A stretch of 62,652 nt of DNA, counting the filler, from Rhabdomonas costata (taxonomy: Eukaryota), in assembly GCA_019059605.1 (NCBI GenBank). It is 44 parts of 44 records of this genome, joined end to end, with 100 filler letters (N's around TTAATTAATTAA, not from the genome) between each part and the next. Parts side by side here need not be neighbours in the genome. Positions count along the whole stretch, not along the records: positions 49,919 to 51,244 come from JAHMHO010019319.1; positions 51,345 to 52,670 come from JAHMHO010019320.1; positions 52,771 to 54,096 come from JAHMHO010019321.1; positions 54,197 to 55,521 come from JAHMHO010019322.1; positions 55,622 to 56,947 come from JAHMHO010019323.1; positions 57,048 to 58,374 come from JAHMHO010019324.1; positions 58,475 to 59,800 come from JAHMHO010019325.1; positions 59,901 to 61,226 come from JAHMHO010019326.1; 36 more parts are not named here. One strand, given 5' to 3'. Numbering within the stretch: the first letter of the stretch is position 1; every line of letters starts with the position of its first letter. Below are positions 50,496 to 62,652 of this stretch, one piece after another. A model generated the notes under the pieces. It had not been told where the DNA came from, searched no databases, and saw only the letters and a list, made by a program, of their open reading frames with translations. Both the position numbers and the translations under genes were made by a program.

Positions 50496-51897
50496 CTGCA
50501 CCCCAAAGAAAAAGTTCACAAAAGAGAGAAAGAACGCTCAGAGGAAATAAAACGGCGGCGCCCCTTGTTCCGCATGCATCATCACTTTCCATTTCTTCTT
50601 CCTCTATATTTCTCTGCTGTAGTTCTGGTCGGGGGACAATCCCCAGGGATTCGGAGCTGCCGGATGCACCAAAGAGGGGGTTTATGCAAAAGGCATATCT
50701 TGCGAATAATACTATAGTTCAGGGGAGGGGAAAACGTTGTCCTAAACCTCTGCAACTTCAATAAAATAAAGAGGACCTCAACCTCATAAGGAAAAATGAT
50801 ATGATAGTATCGTGATATTATAGGCATTATACACGGAGGACAAACAATGTAGGTAAATCTTTTCAACCGTAAATACCTAGGAATTTGGGCCGCTCCGCTG
50901 CGACCGCGGCCCAAGACGCAGGAAAACTACAGGAACTACATGTGCATCGCCCCATGCAAAATAATTGAAAAAAACACTATTTAAGAAGGATCCCCTCCAT
51001 ACTAAAAAATGACAAATAATTCCGAACCTTTTTGGCACTGCCCGAGGGCTCTTTTGGACCCTAATACATGCGCCCTGACCTCACCTTGCTTGTGAAGTCT
51101 CCAGGAGAGTCAATTTGACCTAAAACAACCATAAAATGCCCAAAATTAGGTAAAATAGCCCAAAAGAGGAAAAAAAAAACAGGCGAATTTTGCCCATAAA
51201 ATAGCATCGATGTCGTCAATATCGTCCCCTTATCCCCCAACAACNNNNNNNNNNNNNNNNNNNNNNNNNNNNNNNNNNNNNNNNNNNNTTAATTAATTAA
51301 NNNNNNNNNNNNNNNNNNNNNNNNNNNNNNNNNNNNNNNNNNNNGTTGTGCATAAGAATGAAATGTGCATATTTGCGCACTTGTGGTCAATTCGATCACT
51401 GTCGGTCCCATTCGACTGGCCCCTCTCTCGGAGCCTGGATCAGACCGCTGCTGCTGCTATTAGTAATGGTGAACATGATGTGATGTCTGCAATACTGTCT
51501 GTGGGGGTGAGGTGACGCGGGTGCCCATACTCCCCTACTCTCGGATTCTCCCACCAAGCACGCCCGGCAGGGGCCTCGCTTGACGTACATGTCAGCTCAG
51601 GGATAGCCTGCCCAAGCTGACGGTTGCCACAGCAGTGAAGATGTGCACATGCACTGCCATAATCTGGCACGTGTAACTGGAATATGCAAGTTCAGCCTCC
51701 TCCACCAGTCCCATTAACATAAATTTCATGCATGGTGACCTCTTCAGCTAAACCTGGGCTTCCTAGCGCCCCTACAGTCAGCCACCGCTGGTCTGCAGAC
51801 GGAGCCTTCACCAACTCTCACTAATTGTCCTCATCGACTAAAGAACCCACCTGCCAATGAAACGCCCGCCAACAAAGCCCCAGGCACAGCTGCCCAC

Positions 51898-52523
51898 CTA
51901 TTTTCCACACAAAGTTCTCCCGCAGGGCCCTGGCGTGCTCATCCACGGGGTCCACCAGGAAGTCCACCAGGCCCTTCGCCATCCATGACGCCACCGTCTC
52001 GCCAGGGTGAACCCGCGCCGAGACAACCACAACCTAAGAAGAACAAAATGGAGGCAATACGTCTTTGTGTGTACGTAGCGGACAGGGCTGGTGGAGGAAT
52101 GCGCTCCTCTCGTAACAGCGACAACACGAAAAACAACAACAGCAACAAGAAACCCAGCGAGGGTCATCCAGAGCAAACCCGGATGCTCCCGCCTCCGAAA
52201 GCTCCGAAAGCTGATGTTTTCCACCGATTTGGAGCGCATTGTTCATATTTGTTGCTTGCCTAGTGCCATCCCACCTGCAATTGTGCAAAAACGCGGTCAC
52301 TTGGAACACGAGTGCCTCGCAAACGCGTTTCTTGTTCCTCGCCCCGTGCAGGAAGAAAAAACAAGGAGGAAAGCCATTCTTCCAGCGTCAACTCCATTTC
52401 CTCGGCCCACGAGCGGGAGAAGGGAGACACCTTGCGCTGGTGCACAGGGATGGACGCCGCTGAGCTGCGGCTGGTGATGGTGAGGAGGTCACACACATTG
52501 TCCCCCAGGCTGCGGCAGAAGTC
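51898..52523 (-). CDS. Cytosolic carboxypeptidase (M14, CCP/AGBL tubulin deglutamylase family); exons 52523-52431 and 52033-51898
   Basis: [17 protein letters not shown]...[28 protein letters not shown]...LRENFVWKI, containing the zinc-binding HPGE motif. Confidence 0.92.
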
Positions 52524-53365
52524 CTTCAGTGTCGCCCCCCCCCGTTGGCTTTCCCCTTCCCAAAAAACAGAAAGCATTCTCTACGGCAAAGCAAAACCCG
52601 ACGGACCCAAACTCACCCAACCTCATCATCGAACAGCGAACTCGAAATCAGAAATTTCGGACCCACAACCNNNNNNNNNNNNNNNNNNNNNNNNNNNNNN
52701 NNNNNNNNNNNNNNTTAATTAATTAANNNNNNNNNNNNNNNNNNNNNNNNNNNNNNNNNNNNNNNNNNNNGGGTTGTGTGCATCACATTTCCTCGCGGGG
52801 TGAACACGGGATTCTGTGGAAATCATTCAGCAGCATGCCCCTCCAGAGTAGCAGTTTCATTTTACTACCTCACCACCATAAACGCATACACACACACACG
52901 CACGACGGCACACAGACCACTGCGGGCGACGCCTTGCACGGAGTGGCAGCCATCCGGGGGCTTCGTCAGGGTGGGATCACTACGCCGCATCTGGTGCACC
53001 GTTCCCAGGGCCACGCAGCAGATCAGCATCAGGGAGGTCCCTACACCCAGGAGGCCAACACACCCACAAACCACAATAACGACCCCTTCGAAGCGGAGCT
53101 GCTATGCAGATGAGGGTTATCACTTTGAGCGGGTGGGTGCCAGTGCAAAGGTGAGAGTGCTGGGTCAGTCAGCCATACCTCAGGGTCGTGCGTTCAATGA
53201 AAAACGATTACACTCTCTCAATCCAGTAATGGAACCGATCGCCAGGCCAGAATGAGAGCATACCCAATGCAGTTCCCCAGGTGGGTTGGGATAAACAAGG
53301 ATTGAACTGTAGCATTTGGGGAAGAGAGCTATTCACGAGTGCATCAGCAGAAGAGGATGTCAGAC

Positions 53366-53479
53366 CATAGGGTCTGGTAGGCTGATGATGTAGCCGTTGA
53401 ACACCGCCGCGAACAGGGAGATCACGACGGCCAGCAAAGGGGCGTCCTCGCGGCGCACGAACATTGACAGGAAGCAGGC
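53366..53479 (-). CDS. ABCG/ABC-2 transporter transmembrane exon
   Basis: 114-nt phase 0-0 AG/GT exon: ACFLSMFVRREDAPLLAVVISLFAAVFNGYIISLPDPM. It is not in the ORF track as such. Confidence 0.6.
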
Positions 53480-54846
53480 CTGCAGCAAAGGGGTAGAGAG
53501 TGCAAACCGGAAGCCCTAAACTATACACAGACGCGGAGACGATTAGCATATGATGGACACAAGGGTAAGGTGCGAGTCGTGGACGGGGCGAAATTAGGGA
53601 AGTGAGCAAACTTGAAATCAGTGAATATATTATGACACTGCGGCAGCAAACACACAGGCTCGATAGAGATTGGGAAAAGGGGAACGGAAAGGGAGGAAAG
53701 CATTTGTTGGTCAGGTCAGGTCAGGTCAGGACGGACAAGAGAGGGCCACGATTTTCGAAGGGGAGGCCCGTTGGGTACGCGTTCCACATTGGAATTGGTA
53801 GACTCGCTTTTTGACCGATTGCCCAGACGGTTTCCTTTCCCTTTTCCGTCCCTCTCTCTCTCTCTGTGTGTCCGATCCCTTTGCTCTGTTGACCAAAACA
53901 ACCAAGCACACATCAAAGTGCTCCTTTCGTCGCAGCAGCTCAATGGCTTCGGACCGGGAGCGGGCTCAAACGGAACCACGGGAGGAAGGCCGAGAGAGAA
54001 GGAAGAGAGCTGGAAACAGAGACGCGTGTTCCAGAAAAAAGCGATTTCCGTGAACCTGCCCAAAAACCGCGAAGAAGGTCAGCAGGACAACCCACCNNNN
54101 NNNNNNNNNNNNNNNNNNNNNNNNNNNNNNNNNNNNNNNNTTAATTAATTAANNNNNNNNNNNNNNNNNNNNNNNNNNNNNNNNNNNNNNNNNNNNTTGT
54201 TGTAGCTCCGGACCAGAGCGAAGGTGCTGTTGGCGCTGGGCAAAGGAACCACCTGAAAAGCGGTACCGCAAGGAGTCCTTCACCCCCTTCACCTCTTAAC
54301 ACCCACTTCCAGTGGGTGTCTCCCAGTGGCTGAACCTGCTTGCAACTCACTTGCGCATGGCGCCTCTCTGTTTTTTTTTTTGCTGAGAGCAACTCGGCCG
54401 CGTGTTGTTTGAAGAGAAGAATGGATGTGTTGTGTTGTGACGCCACGAGTTTTTAAACATAACGACACACAGAACTCTGCACCACAGGTTGGATTTCTTG
54501 GAAATTGGAACTTGGAAACTATCTGGGAGCGTTTGTGCTTGGCTGCAGCCTGGTCAAGGCTGAAGTCAGCAGTATCAAGCCAAAGGCGTTGCATGCCTGA
54601 AGATTGAGACGCTGAAATACATGTATTTGTGATGAGGCTACCAGTGCCCATACGCCGCACAGCACAGGCGGCGGCGACTGAGCGAAACAGGCAGAGAAAG
54701 AGTTGGCAAGGACTTCCTCCAGGCGGAGGCTCCCGTTCAGGAGGATGCTCCGAAAAAAGACGGGGAAGCGAAAGAAATGGAAGCCAGACAGGGTGAAAGA
54801 GATCTTGGCCAGGGCACCCCCCCTCACCCTCACCCTTCCCGACGAC

Positions 54847-55190
54847 CTGGCTCATTATGAGGCTGTGCACTGGTGTTCCGCGTTCGACCATCAGCTTCTG
54901 GAAGATCATCGGTCCGGTGGCGGAGAGCAGCCCCACCCAAACCGAGCTCCCGCCGCCTCGGAGCTTCGCCACGGCCTCCACGGAGGCATCGGCCTGTCCC
55001 CGCAGAACCACCGCCTGCAGATCCGAGCCCAGCAGGCTCTCCACCCGATCGGAGACGAGGACGGGGCGTAGCTGGTAGGTGCCCAGCGCGGCGGCCACGG
55101 CGGTGGCTATCAGCCCACCCTGGTCAACGTCCAAGGCGAGGTACCCTACCCGGGTGAAGCCCCGGGTTTGGGTGAAGTACGTCAGGCAAG
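54847..55190 (-). CDS. Type 1 periplasmic-binding-protein (venus flytrap) domain segment, as in receptor adenylate cyclases
   Basis: LTYFTQTRGFTRVGYL..D..G....AAL....LRPV...QAVVLRG...VAKLR...LS...LIMSQ(VV) follows the LivJ-like PBP1 pattern. The 5' boundary is unclear. Confidence 0.55.
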
Positions 55191-55861
55191 GGCTGCTGCT
55201 GAACCACGGTTTTCGAGGTCTCAGTCAGATAGTCAAGGGCGGAGCTCAGCGGAGCGGAGAGGGATGATACAGGGAACGGGAGAACCTCAAGCTGAGCGGA
55301 ATATCGGGTCTCCAGGGCAGTCCGGTCGGAGGTGAGCTGGGCCTGGAAGGCCTGGCTCTGCTCCGCAAGTTCGGCCTGCGCACCCCACACCACCACCAAA
55401 AGCAATGAAACCTTTCAAGCGAAGTCTCGCCGTCACACGAAGGACCCAAAAAATGGATCTGAAACCTTCAACCGCCAATGCGTACGACTCGATACTCGAG
55501 ACAACCGCCGACCCCCAAAACNNNNNNNNNNNNNNNNNNNNNNNNNNNNNNNNNNNNNNNNNNNNTTAATTAATTAANNNNNNNNNNNNNNNNNNNNNNN
55601 NNNNNNNNNNNNNNNNNNNNNAGGTGAGGAATGTTGAAATTTTCCTTAGCTGATGGGGTTTTTTCAGCAACAAAACAGCACTCCAAGGGAGGGTCGGGTG
55701 GTCATTTCGATTGCGACTCTGCGCCGTTTCACCAACCCAGTTCCCTGAAATTCCCACAGCACTGGTTCATACGAAGAGTCCCGCCCAAGGAGTATGCACC
55801 GCTTTAAGACATGATCGCAAAATGAATCCAAAACTGAGTCAAAAGTTGAGGAGGAGGAAAC

Positions 55862-56539
55862 CAGGGCATAAACGTCGGTGCTCTTCTCAAGGCACTGCTT
55901 CTTGTCGCCGATCTTATACAGTAGATTCACCATCTCCAGCATGCAGTCGTGGACCTCCGTCTCCCCGGCGTTCTCCTCCGCGTCGACCTTCTTCGCCTCC
56001 AGCGCCTTCAGGGCGTCTGCGTTGCGAGTCTTCATCGACGCCAGCAGGGACTCGTTCCGCTCCCACTGAAGTTTCTCACAAAGCTGCACGCACACAAGCA
56101 CCGAGCTGTAAAGAGCACTGGGACCACTCCGCCTTTCAATTTCCCCTTTTTTGATAGTCCGAAAACAGTGGTCGTCTCAAACACGTGCTTGCTGCCAAAA
56201 CGGACCCCCACACAGCCTTCTGAACAACTGTTTCGGACGCAAAAAAGATATGCGAAGCATTTGGTTGGGACACTCTCGGACTCTGGGACTTCCATCCAAA
56301 AGTCCTTTTTGAATGAACGGCAGCGACGCAAAGAGAGCGGGGGGGGGGGGCACCATTTCGTAATACGGGGCCATGCTGTTTGCCTCAATGGTGGCCAGAA
56401 TCTCCTTTTTGATCCCGTCCCTGTCGGGGTACAGCCCGCACTCCCAGTCGAAGACCTTCTGCCGCAGCAGCAGAAAGGGGTCCACAGGGATGTTCTCCTC
56501 CACGGGGACCGCTCCCTCCATCTTGTCGTCCTCATCCAT
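55862..56539 (-). CDS. RPN7: 26S proteasome regulatory subunit RPN7/PSMD6; exons 56539-56354 and 56083-55862
   Basis: EILATIEANSMAPYYEM-LCEKLQW...SMKTRN...LEAKKVDAEENAGETEV...YKIGDK, with a 270-nt GT-AG intron at 56353-56084. Confidence 0.95.
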
Positions 56540-57253
56540 TGTGCAAGCACTCACGCAATCTTCCCTCCAGAAAATCACGCTCTCTACTAACCCTTTTTCT
56601 CTGACGATCGATGAAATCAACAGGAAAATGCACGTTCTGGGGACGGCACAAGGCAGGAATAAAAGGCAAGCATACCACCCCGATGACGGACCGAAAGGGC
56701 GAGAAGGCGACAATAAACAACAGGCAAAAAGAACGGAAAAATGAGTGTATCAAAAAGAAGTACATCAGCGAGGCATTCTATCAGCACGATCAGCTCCAAT
56801 AGAGGAACAGACATGCAAAAAAATGGATGGTGGGCATTTTGGCCGAATTACAGTGACACTTGACACTTGACCAGTCAGTCCCGGAACACCCAATACAATG
56901 GCAGAGCGCAGCGCAGTCGACACTTGGTGACGGCGGTCCAACCCACANNNNNNNNNNNNNNNNNNNNNNNNNNNNNNNNNNNNNNNNNNNNTTAATTAAT
57001 TAANNNNNNNNNNNNNNNNNNNNNNNNNNNNNNNNNNNNNNNNNNNNTGTGTTGGGGTTGTTTGGAGCTAAGCTTTTCAGGTTCGATGTGAAATAGGCAA
57101 GAATTCGGAGTCCAAGGTCACTCAAGCTCCAGTTCTCAGTTCTGAGGTCCAATCGGGTGAGTCGCCTAACGGACATGCTGAGAGGAGGCGGAAGACGATC
57201 CCCGGAAGACATCCCCAAACACATTTCTGCCCCCTCGCCCCTTCCCAACGTAC

Positions 57254-58192
57254 CACTCCACAGCCAAAGCTTCCGTTGTGGCTGCCGCGAGGGCCAGCGA
57301 GTGCTTTTCCAGCTCCTCGTGGCTGGTCAAGGCTTCATGAATGATCGCATGGAGCTCCCCCAGGGCGCCCCACTCGCGGCTCTGCTCCGCCACCACAGCT
57401 TCCCCTTGGCTCAGGGCCAGGCCTCCCAACAAGCAAAGCTCATGCCACAACTCCGTCCCTTGGACATGCTCCGCCACAAGCGCGTCCCGCTGGGACACTT
57501 CCTCCCTGGGATAAGGGCGCGGTAACCGCTGCCACATCGATGATGCGCGAGGTGTGAAACCGCGTTAAGGACCGAAAAGTGCTCCGAAGGGTACGAATAA
57601 AACTTTGCGTACAACGCCGCAACATCCTTGTGTCGGAGGTTGGGTTTTGATGACTTCAATCAAAAAGGCAGCCTGACCAGAGCGTTTGTGTGTGACTAGG
57701 AGATGACTAGGAGCTCCGCCATCGAAAACGCGCGCGACACGTGGTGTTTCAGCAAAGTACAAAACGAGTGGAGGGGGGTGGGGAGTAAAACGCACAAGAA
57801 CCAAAAAAGAGCGTCATACCAAGTCCAGTCCAGTTACAGAGTGCACACTGCGAAAGGTAGATTTCTTTTAATCTTTTATATGCGACCGTAAAGATTGGGC
57901 TACTCTTGCTCAACTCAAGCTCAACCCCGCGCCCCCGCACCGTTCCAGAGCTTCGGTCTGCACAGCTGTGGCTGCGACGCCCAAGGTTATCCTCAGCAGC
58001 TCCTCGTGGCAGGCCAAGGACTCCCCGACGAACTGGTGCACCTCAACGAGGCAGGAGCACTCGCGGCTCTGCTCGGCCTGAATGGCCAGGGCCCCACCCA
58101 AGGCGAGGACTCCAAGGCCACACAGCTCGCTCCAAGTCTGAAGCTGCGCGGTGTACTCGCTGGCCACAGACTGCCGTGCAACAGTCTCCATC
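57254..58192 (-). CDS. Repeat protein built from duplicated 252-nt exons (58192-57941 and 57505-57254)
   Basis: Both exons are exactly 252 nt, phase 2-2 and AG/GT-bounded. They share WxELCxLGxLAL, AEQSRE and HEEL at the same positions. Confidence 0.85.
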
Positions 58193-58784
58193 CTAAAAGA
58201 CAAGATGTGGCGAAACGAATGAATGTAGAATGCAACAATAATTATAAAAAATGGTCGAATTGGCGAATAGATTGGCTTGGGTGTTTACCAACGAAGAAGC
58301 ACAACACTTACGACGACCTGGGAGTGAATTAACAACAGGAAACTTCTGAAAAACACAGACGACAACAAATTGAGNNNNNNNNNNNNNNNNNNNNNNNNNN
58401 NNNNNNNNNNNNNNNNNNTTAATTAATTAANNNNNNNNNNNNNNNNNNNNNNNNNNNNNNNNNNNNNNNNNNNNCGTCGTCCTTTTGTGCAGATTTCACT
58501 GCAGCACCGTCCGCAGGTATTTAGAAAAACTAGTGTTTGAAGAGTTCCGACTTTCGCTAACGCTGCCAGATGGATGGAGCCGCTAGAAACGCTGAATAAG
58601 GACGACGCTCTTTCCAAAACGGCTCAAACAGAGGGTGATGAACGTGCGCCCAGAAGATCAGCGAAACAAACCTACATGTGACAACAACAGCAAGTGCAGT
58701 GATGAAAGGTAGTGCCACTGGAAGCGCTTCCGAAGGTACGCGAGCCCGCCATGACTCCAAAACGACGTTCCTCTCCGAGGGAAA

Positions 58785-59485
58785 CTAAGCCTCCGGTACA
58801 AGTGCAGCGGTCCCTGAGGGGGTTTCTTTGGGTGGGAAAAGCAGTGTGATGCCCACATGGTGCAGTGCCTCAACCACCCACCGTGGGTAGTTCCGGTCGG
58901 GAAACTGCTGAGCCATGAAACCCACCACAAACTCAGCAAAAGTGCCCTGCGTGGGAAGAGATGCAAGTCGGAGCTGTTTTTCTAGCCTTCGCAAGTAATA
59001 GAGGCTATCTCGCCGCTTTGGTGCCCATATCGCTGTGGATCGGACCCTTCCTGTACACAAAACACTTTCGCATGCTGTTGCATGGCCGAGCAACCCATCA
59101 GGTCCCCAAGACGGGGGGAATGCTCATGACGTCAGGTCCGTAAGGGAAGCCCAGCAGCTGGTTGCATATCAGGGGTTGGTTTGCTTGAGAACCATGTGAA
59201 CCAACCTACCCCGTTTGAGGCCTTCACGGGTGAACAGGGAAGCCGGGGAATGCACACGACCAGATGTTTCGTTCTTGGTGCCACTCAACATTACTCACTG
59301 TCCTGCCGTCAAAATCTTTGGCTGAGATGCTGACCAATATTGTCGAGGTTGTTCCAGATGCCAGAGAAGGAGGAAAGCAATGATGAGCCTGGGAGGAAGT
59401 GAACCTGCACAATGGCCTTCCTCATTCTATCCATCAGCGATTTGAGGTAGTACAGGTTGTGATAGGTCAGCAGGACGGCCGAGAG
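58785..59485 (-). CDS. QTRT1: Queuine tRNA-ribosyltransferase catalytic subunit, last two exons (59485-59405 and 58946-58785)
   Basis: LLTYHNLYYLKSLMDRMRKAIVQ-GTFAEFVVGFM...PRWVVEALHHVGITL combines the TGT HN motif with the eukaryotic QTRT1 tail. Confidence 0.9.
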
Positions 59486-60028
59486 CTGCGGACAAGAGAA
59501 AGAAGGAGCGACTGAGGGCGGCATTGGGGTGGCCTCAGCATGATGAGCGGGAAATGGCAGTGTGCGAGCAAGCAGGTGTGCCCCCGTGGGCTGAAACTTA
59601 CGGTAGTGGGCATTTAGACAACAGCAAGGGAAACGCATGTGATAATTTCGAATTGAACTTTCTGGATGAGGCGTTGCTACTCCCTACCCACCACAATTGA
59701 TCAGAGACCTACCTTACATCCATCCAATATCCAACAGTACTTATGCGTGTGTCTGGGGTAACTGGAGTGGCCACTCTCCAATATTTGGCAAAACCACACC
59801 NNNNNNNNNNNNNNNNNNNNNNNNNNNNNNNNNNNNNNNNNNNNTTAATTAATTAANNNNNNNNNNNNNNNNNNNNNNNNNNNNNNNNNNNNNNNNNNNN
59901 GGTTAAATCAGTGCCCCTTTCCCTTTGGAATATGGAATTGGGCTTTGAGAAATGATGGGTTCTTCCGCATTCTCCTCTGCTAAGCTTTCAGGCCTTTTGC
60001 CTTTTTGCCTTTCTGGTGCGAAGCAAGC

Positions 60029-60981
60029 ATGGCCGTAATGGCTGCGGTGCTGGTTTTCGTCGTCGCTGGGCTTGTGGTGCACTGTGCTGTGGAGGGAAGG
60101 TGGGGGGCTCGGCGGGCCAGGCCGCGCGGCGTTTTTCGAGGGTCTCCGCTGCCGCTGCCCTGCGATGGCCCGTGCAGTCCAGATCGTGTGCGGGCCTTTC
60201 TGCAAGACTCGACATGCCCCGAAGGGTACTATCTCTCTCCCTCCTTCTTCTCCCCAAAAATTGCGTTTGACGGCCTTTATAGGGACGGCGAGTGCTCAAG
60301 CTCTCAGACCAGGTCGGTACTGTTTCTGATGATGCCACCACTCGGAGTGCTTCAGGCTGGTATTGCAATTGCCTGAGGTGGTCCTCGTTAGTGCAACTCG
60401 AAGGGCCTTTCATGATCGTTTTTTGTCTATGCATTGTGTGGGTGCGTGTGTAGGGCTGGCACTGGAGAGTGGGGGGGCACTCATGCGGTGCTCCCATTCC
60501 CTGAGATTCGATGGTCTCCTGAGGGCGGTGGTGATTTCGCAGGAGCCGAGGGCCACTTCGTTTCCTTCCGCATCTCTTCTCGCGTGCCTCATCGCTGCTT
60601 TTGCTTCCCCCATTCATCCTCCATCATTTTTTTCGGGTTTCTTTTCATGGCAGCTCCTCTGCCTTCCCCCTGCAGCGGTTTGACGCCGCCTCAGGCGACT
60701 GGGTGGACCTCACCGCGGACCAGCTCGTCCCTGGCGGCCCTTCCCATGCAAATTCGACCCCTGCCTCGCCGCCGCAGAGGGAGCTGCGAGTTCTGACCTG
60801 GAACGTCTTGAAATTCTCATACGAGGCCGTTGCACGTGCCGCGGCGCTGGGCCAGGCCCTGGCCGAGGTGCAGCCTGACCTGTTGGGGCTGCAGGAGGTC
60901 ACCGCAGGGGTGTATGGGCTGCTGCGGGCCATGCCGTGGGTGCGGCAGGGGTACTTCACGGAGGAGTACCATGGAGGGCAG
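60029..60981 (+). CDS. EEP-superfamily (TDP2-like) protein with an N-terminal hydrophobic segment; clear exon 60676-60981
   Basis: LRVLTWNV...RAAAL...QPDLLGLQEVT...PWVRQGY. The upstream ORF begins MAVMAAVLVFVVAGLVVHCA. The first donor site is uncertain. Confidence 0.78.
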
Positions 60982-61524
60982 GTGAGAATTTTATTGACTA
61001 CATGTCTCAGTGGTGTCACCTTCCCTATTCCAGTTCGGGTCCAGGTGTCTCAGTATCTCTTCCCCGCTTCTGGCACTAACGCTGCTCGCAGGTTGTGCTG
61101 AGCCGGCACCCCGCCCTGCGAGTGTGCCGCAGCCGACTGCCGCGGTTCCGGTGGTACCACGCTCGATACCTGGTCACCCTGGATCTGTTGGTGGGGTGTC
61201 ACCCCCTGAGGTTTGACACAACACACNNNNNNNNNNNNNNNNNNNNNNNNNNNNNNNNNNNNNNNNNNNNTTAATTAATTAANNNNNNNNNNNNNNNNNN
61301 NNNNNNNNNNNNNNNNNNNNNNNNNNCTTGAGAGATTTCGTTGAGACCAGGAGGTTAACTGAGGTTTTTGGGTACAGATGATAACGCAGAACAGGTTGCA
61401 GGCAAAAAGAACGGGGGGGGGGCACTGCTCAAAAGTGGCCATCGTTGAACACCTCAGCGAGACATAGAGGGTGAGGGAGGGAGTCCAGAACAGACTATTG
61501 CAACTCACTGGAAGGAGTGGCGGC

Positions 61525-61730
61525 ACCTCTGGGGAGCAGCGTGCGGCCCACAGGCATGAGTTGAGCCGTCGAGGCTCTGGAGACATGTCAGGGCTGGAGA
61601 ACGACTCACACCGCGGGTAGTTCAGAGTCGGGGATGTGGGTGAGGGCGAGCTGTTGCCCTGCAATGGCCGCGGCGGGATCATTTCGAAGGAGTTCGCGGA
61701 CAGTTGCTGCTCACTGCCCACTGCAGCCAT
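61525..61730 (-). CDS. Possible Ser/Pro-rich N-terminal exon of an unknown protein
   Basis: MAAVGSEQQLSANSFEMIPPRP...CSPE, followed by GAG|GTG. Confidence 0.3.
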
Positions 61731-62652
61731 CTGACGTGCTACATGCTACACGTGGTAAGGACTGCCCATAGATCAAATAATCAAGTTAAAACTTGAGAAG
61801 GGTAAGGAAAAAATAAGCTGGCGCCCTCGAACAAGAAGAAGCAAAGGTCAAAGTAAGCACTAGACACCAATCTTCAATGACCAACGGGCTTCCCGAAGGC
61901 TGTTCGGCGCATACTAGAAAAGTTAGTATATCTTGGTTCCCAAATCCCTTGTCTACGTATAATGAAGGGCAAGCTCATCCATAACTAACACGCAATTTGT
62001 GAGTGTCTCAGGCTCAAGGTACCTTGTGGGGGTAGAGACTCATTAAGGCCACCAGAATCCTGACGAGCAGAGAGAAGCAATACTGAGAACACAAAAAATA
62101 CAAAAATGCAGTGAAACTACAAGTGCTGCGAAAAAGGAAAAAGAAATTGAAAGCTACGTCTTGACTCGCTTCGATTCGACATCCCATTACTTCCGCGACA
62201 GACGTCCTCAACGAGAGACGCTCCAAGTTGCAAATGGCGTCACCTTGAGTCAGAAGCGATGACCTATGCTGAAACAAAACAAGTCAAATGTTTCCGGGTC
62301 AAGGACATGACAATTAACGACCACAAAAATCTCCCATGCATTGCAAAGGTTACCTGCCACACATCATTAAAACCGATGATCCAAGTATCCACACATCTGA
62401 TGGAAAACAATCCCAGGTTGCCGCTCGCTTGCCCCATCTCATCTCATGCCTGACAGCCATGGAACAAAAACGAAATAATCTAGTCTGTCCAATCAACTTG
62501 TCCCGACTGGTGCATAATTACAAGGTCACAAAGGGTACCAAACGGCGGGAAACGTGGAGGCATGGTCTGCTGAACAGATACCCCTCCACAACAAGGTGAT
62601 CAATGGGTTGCTCTGAGCCGTCAGAAGAGCACATCAGATCCAACCCAAAACC

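Noticed and set aside
57157-58332. Plus-strand paralogous ORFs (QLLVAGQG...LAALL)
   Set aside because: Splice signals and equal exon lengths support the minus strand, so these are shadows.
1328-61326. Regularly spaced TTAATTAATTAA as a CRISPR-like or genomic repeat array
   Set aside because: Always embedded in 44+44 N, so it is a synthetic six-frame-stop linker.
1-62652. rRNA, tRNA, spliced-leader RNA genes or CRISPR arrays
   Set aside because: None recognised by eye. A covariance-model search would be needed to exclude small RNAs.

Overview
This window is not one locus. It is 44 unrelated contigs of about 1.32-1.33 kb, joined by an artificial 100-nt spacer (44 N + TTAATTAATTAA + 44 N, stops in all six frames), so nothing can be inferred from neighbourhood across spacers. 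Many contig ends are G/T-only (5') or C/A-only (3'), and several fold back as inverted repeats. This points to whole-genome amplification of a single cell. Most contigs come from an intron-rich flagellated eukaryote, possibly a euglenozoan (inference), with GC-rich exons and GT-AG introns of roughly 130-670 nt. Recognisable gene fragments: RPN7, QTRT1, a CCDC146/MBO2-like coiled-coil protein, a cytosolic carboxypeptidase, an AGC kinase, two TDP2-like EEP enzymes, EamA and ABCG transporters, an NDK-like protein, an LRR protein, TSP1, ZZ-finger and PBP1 domains, a claudin-like tetraspan protein and an intronless bacterial-type SDR. Decayed mobile elements include a Penelope-like RT, a Ty3/Gypsy integrase, a CRE/SLACS-like RT and possible tyrosine-recombinase relics. 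The outlier is one very AT-rich contig (44213-45538) that looks like giant-virus DNA. It has tandem Bro-N/DUF559-type genes, a 13-bp hairpin just after the stop codon, and a 180-bp tandem repeat whose first copy carries a 57-nt double-hairpin insert flanked by TGT. All family calls rest on motif recognition by eye; no database search was run.
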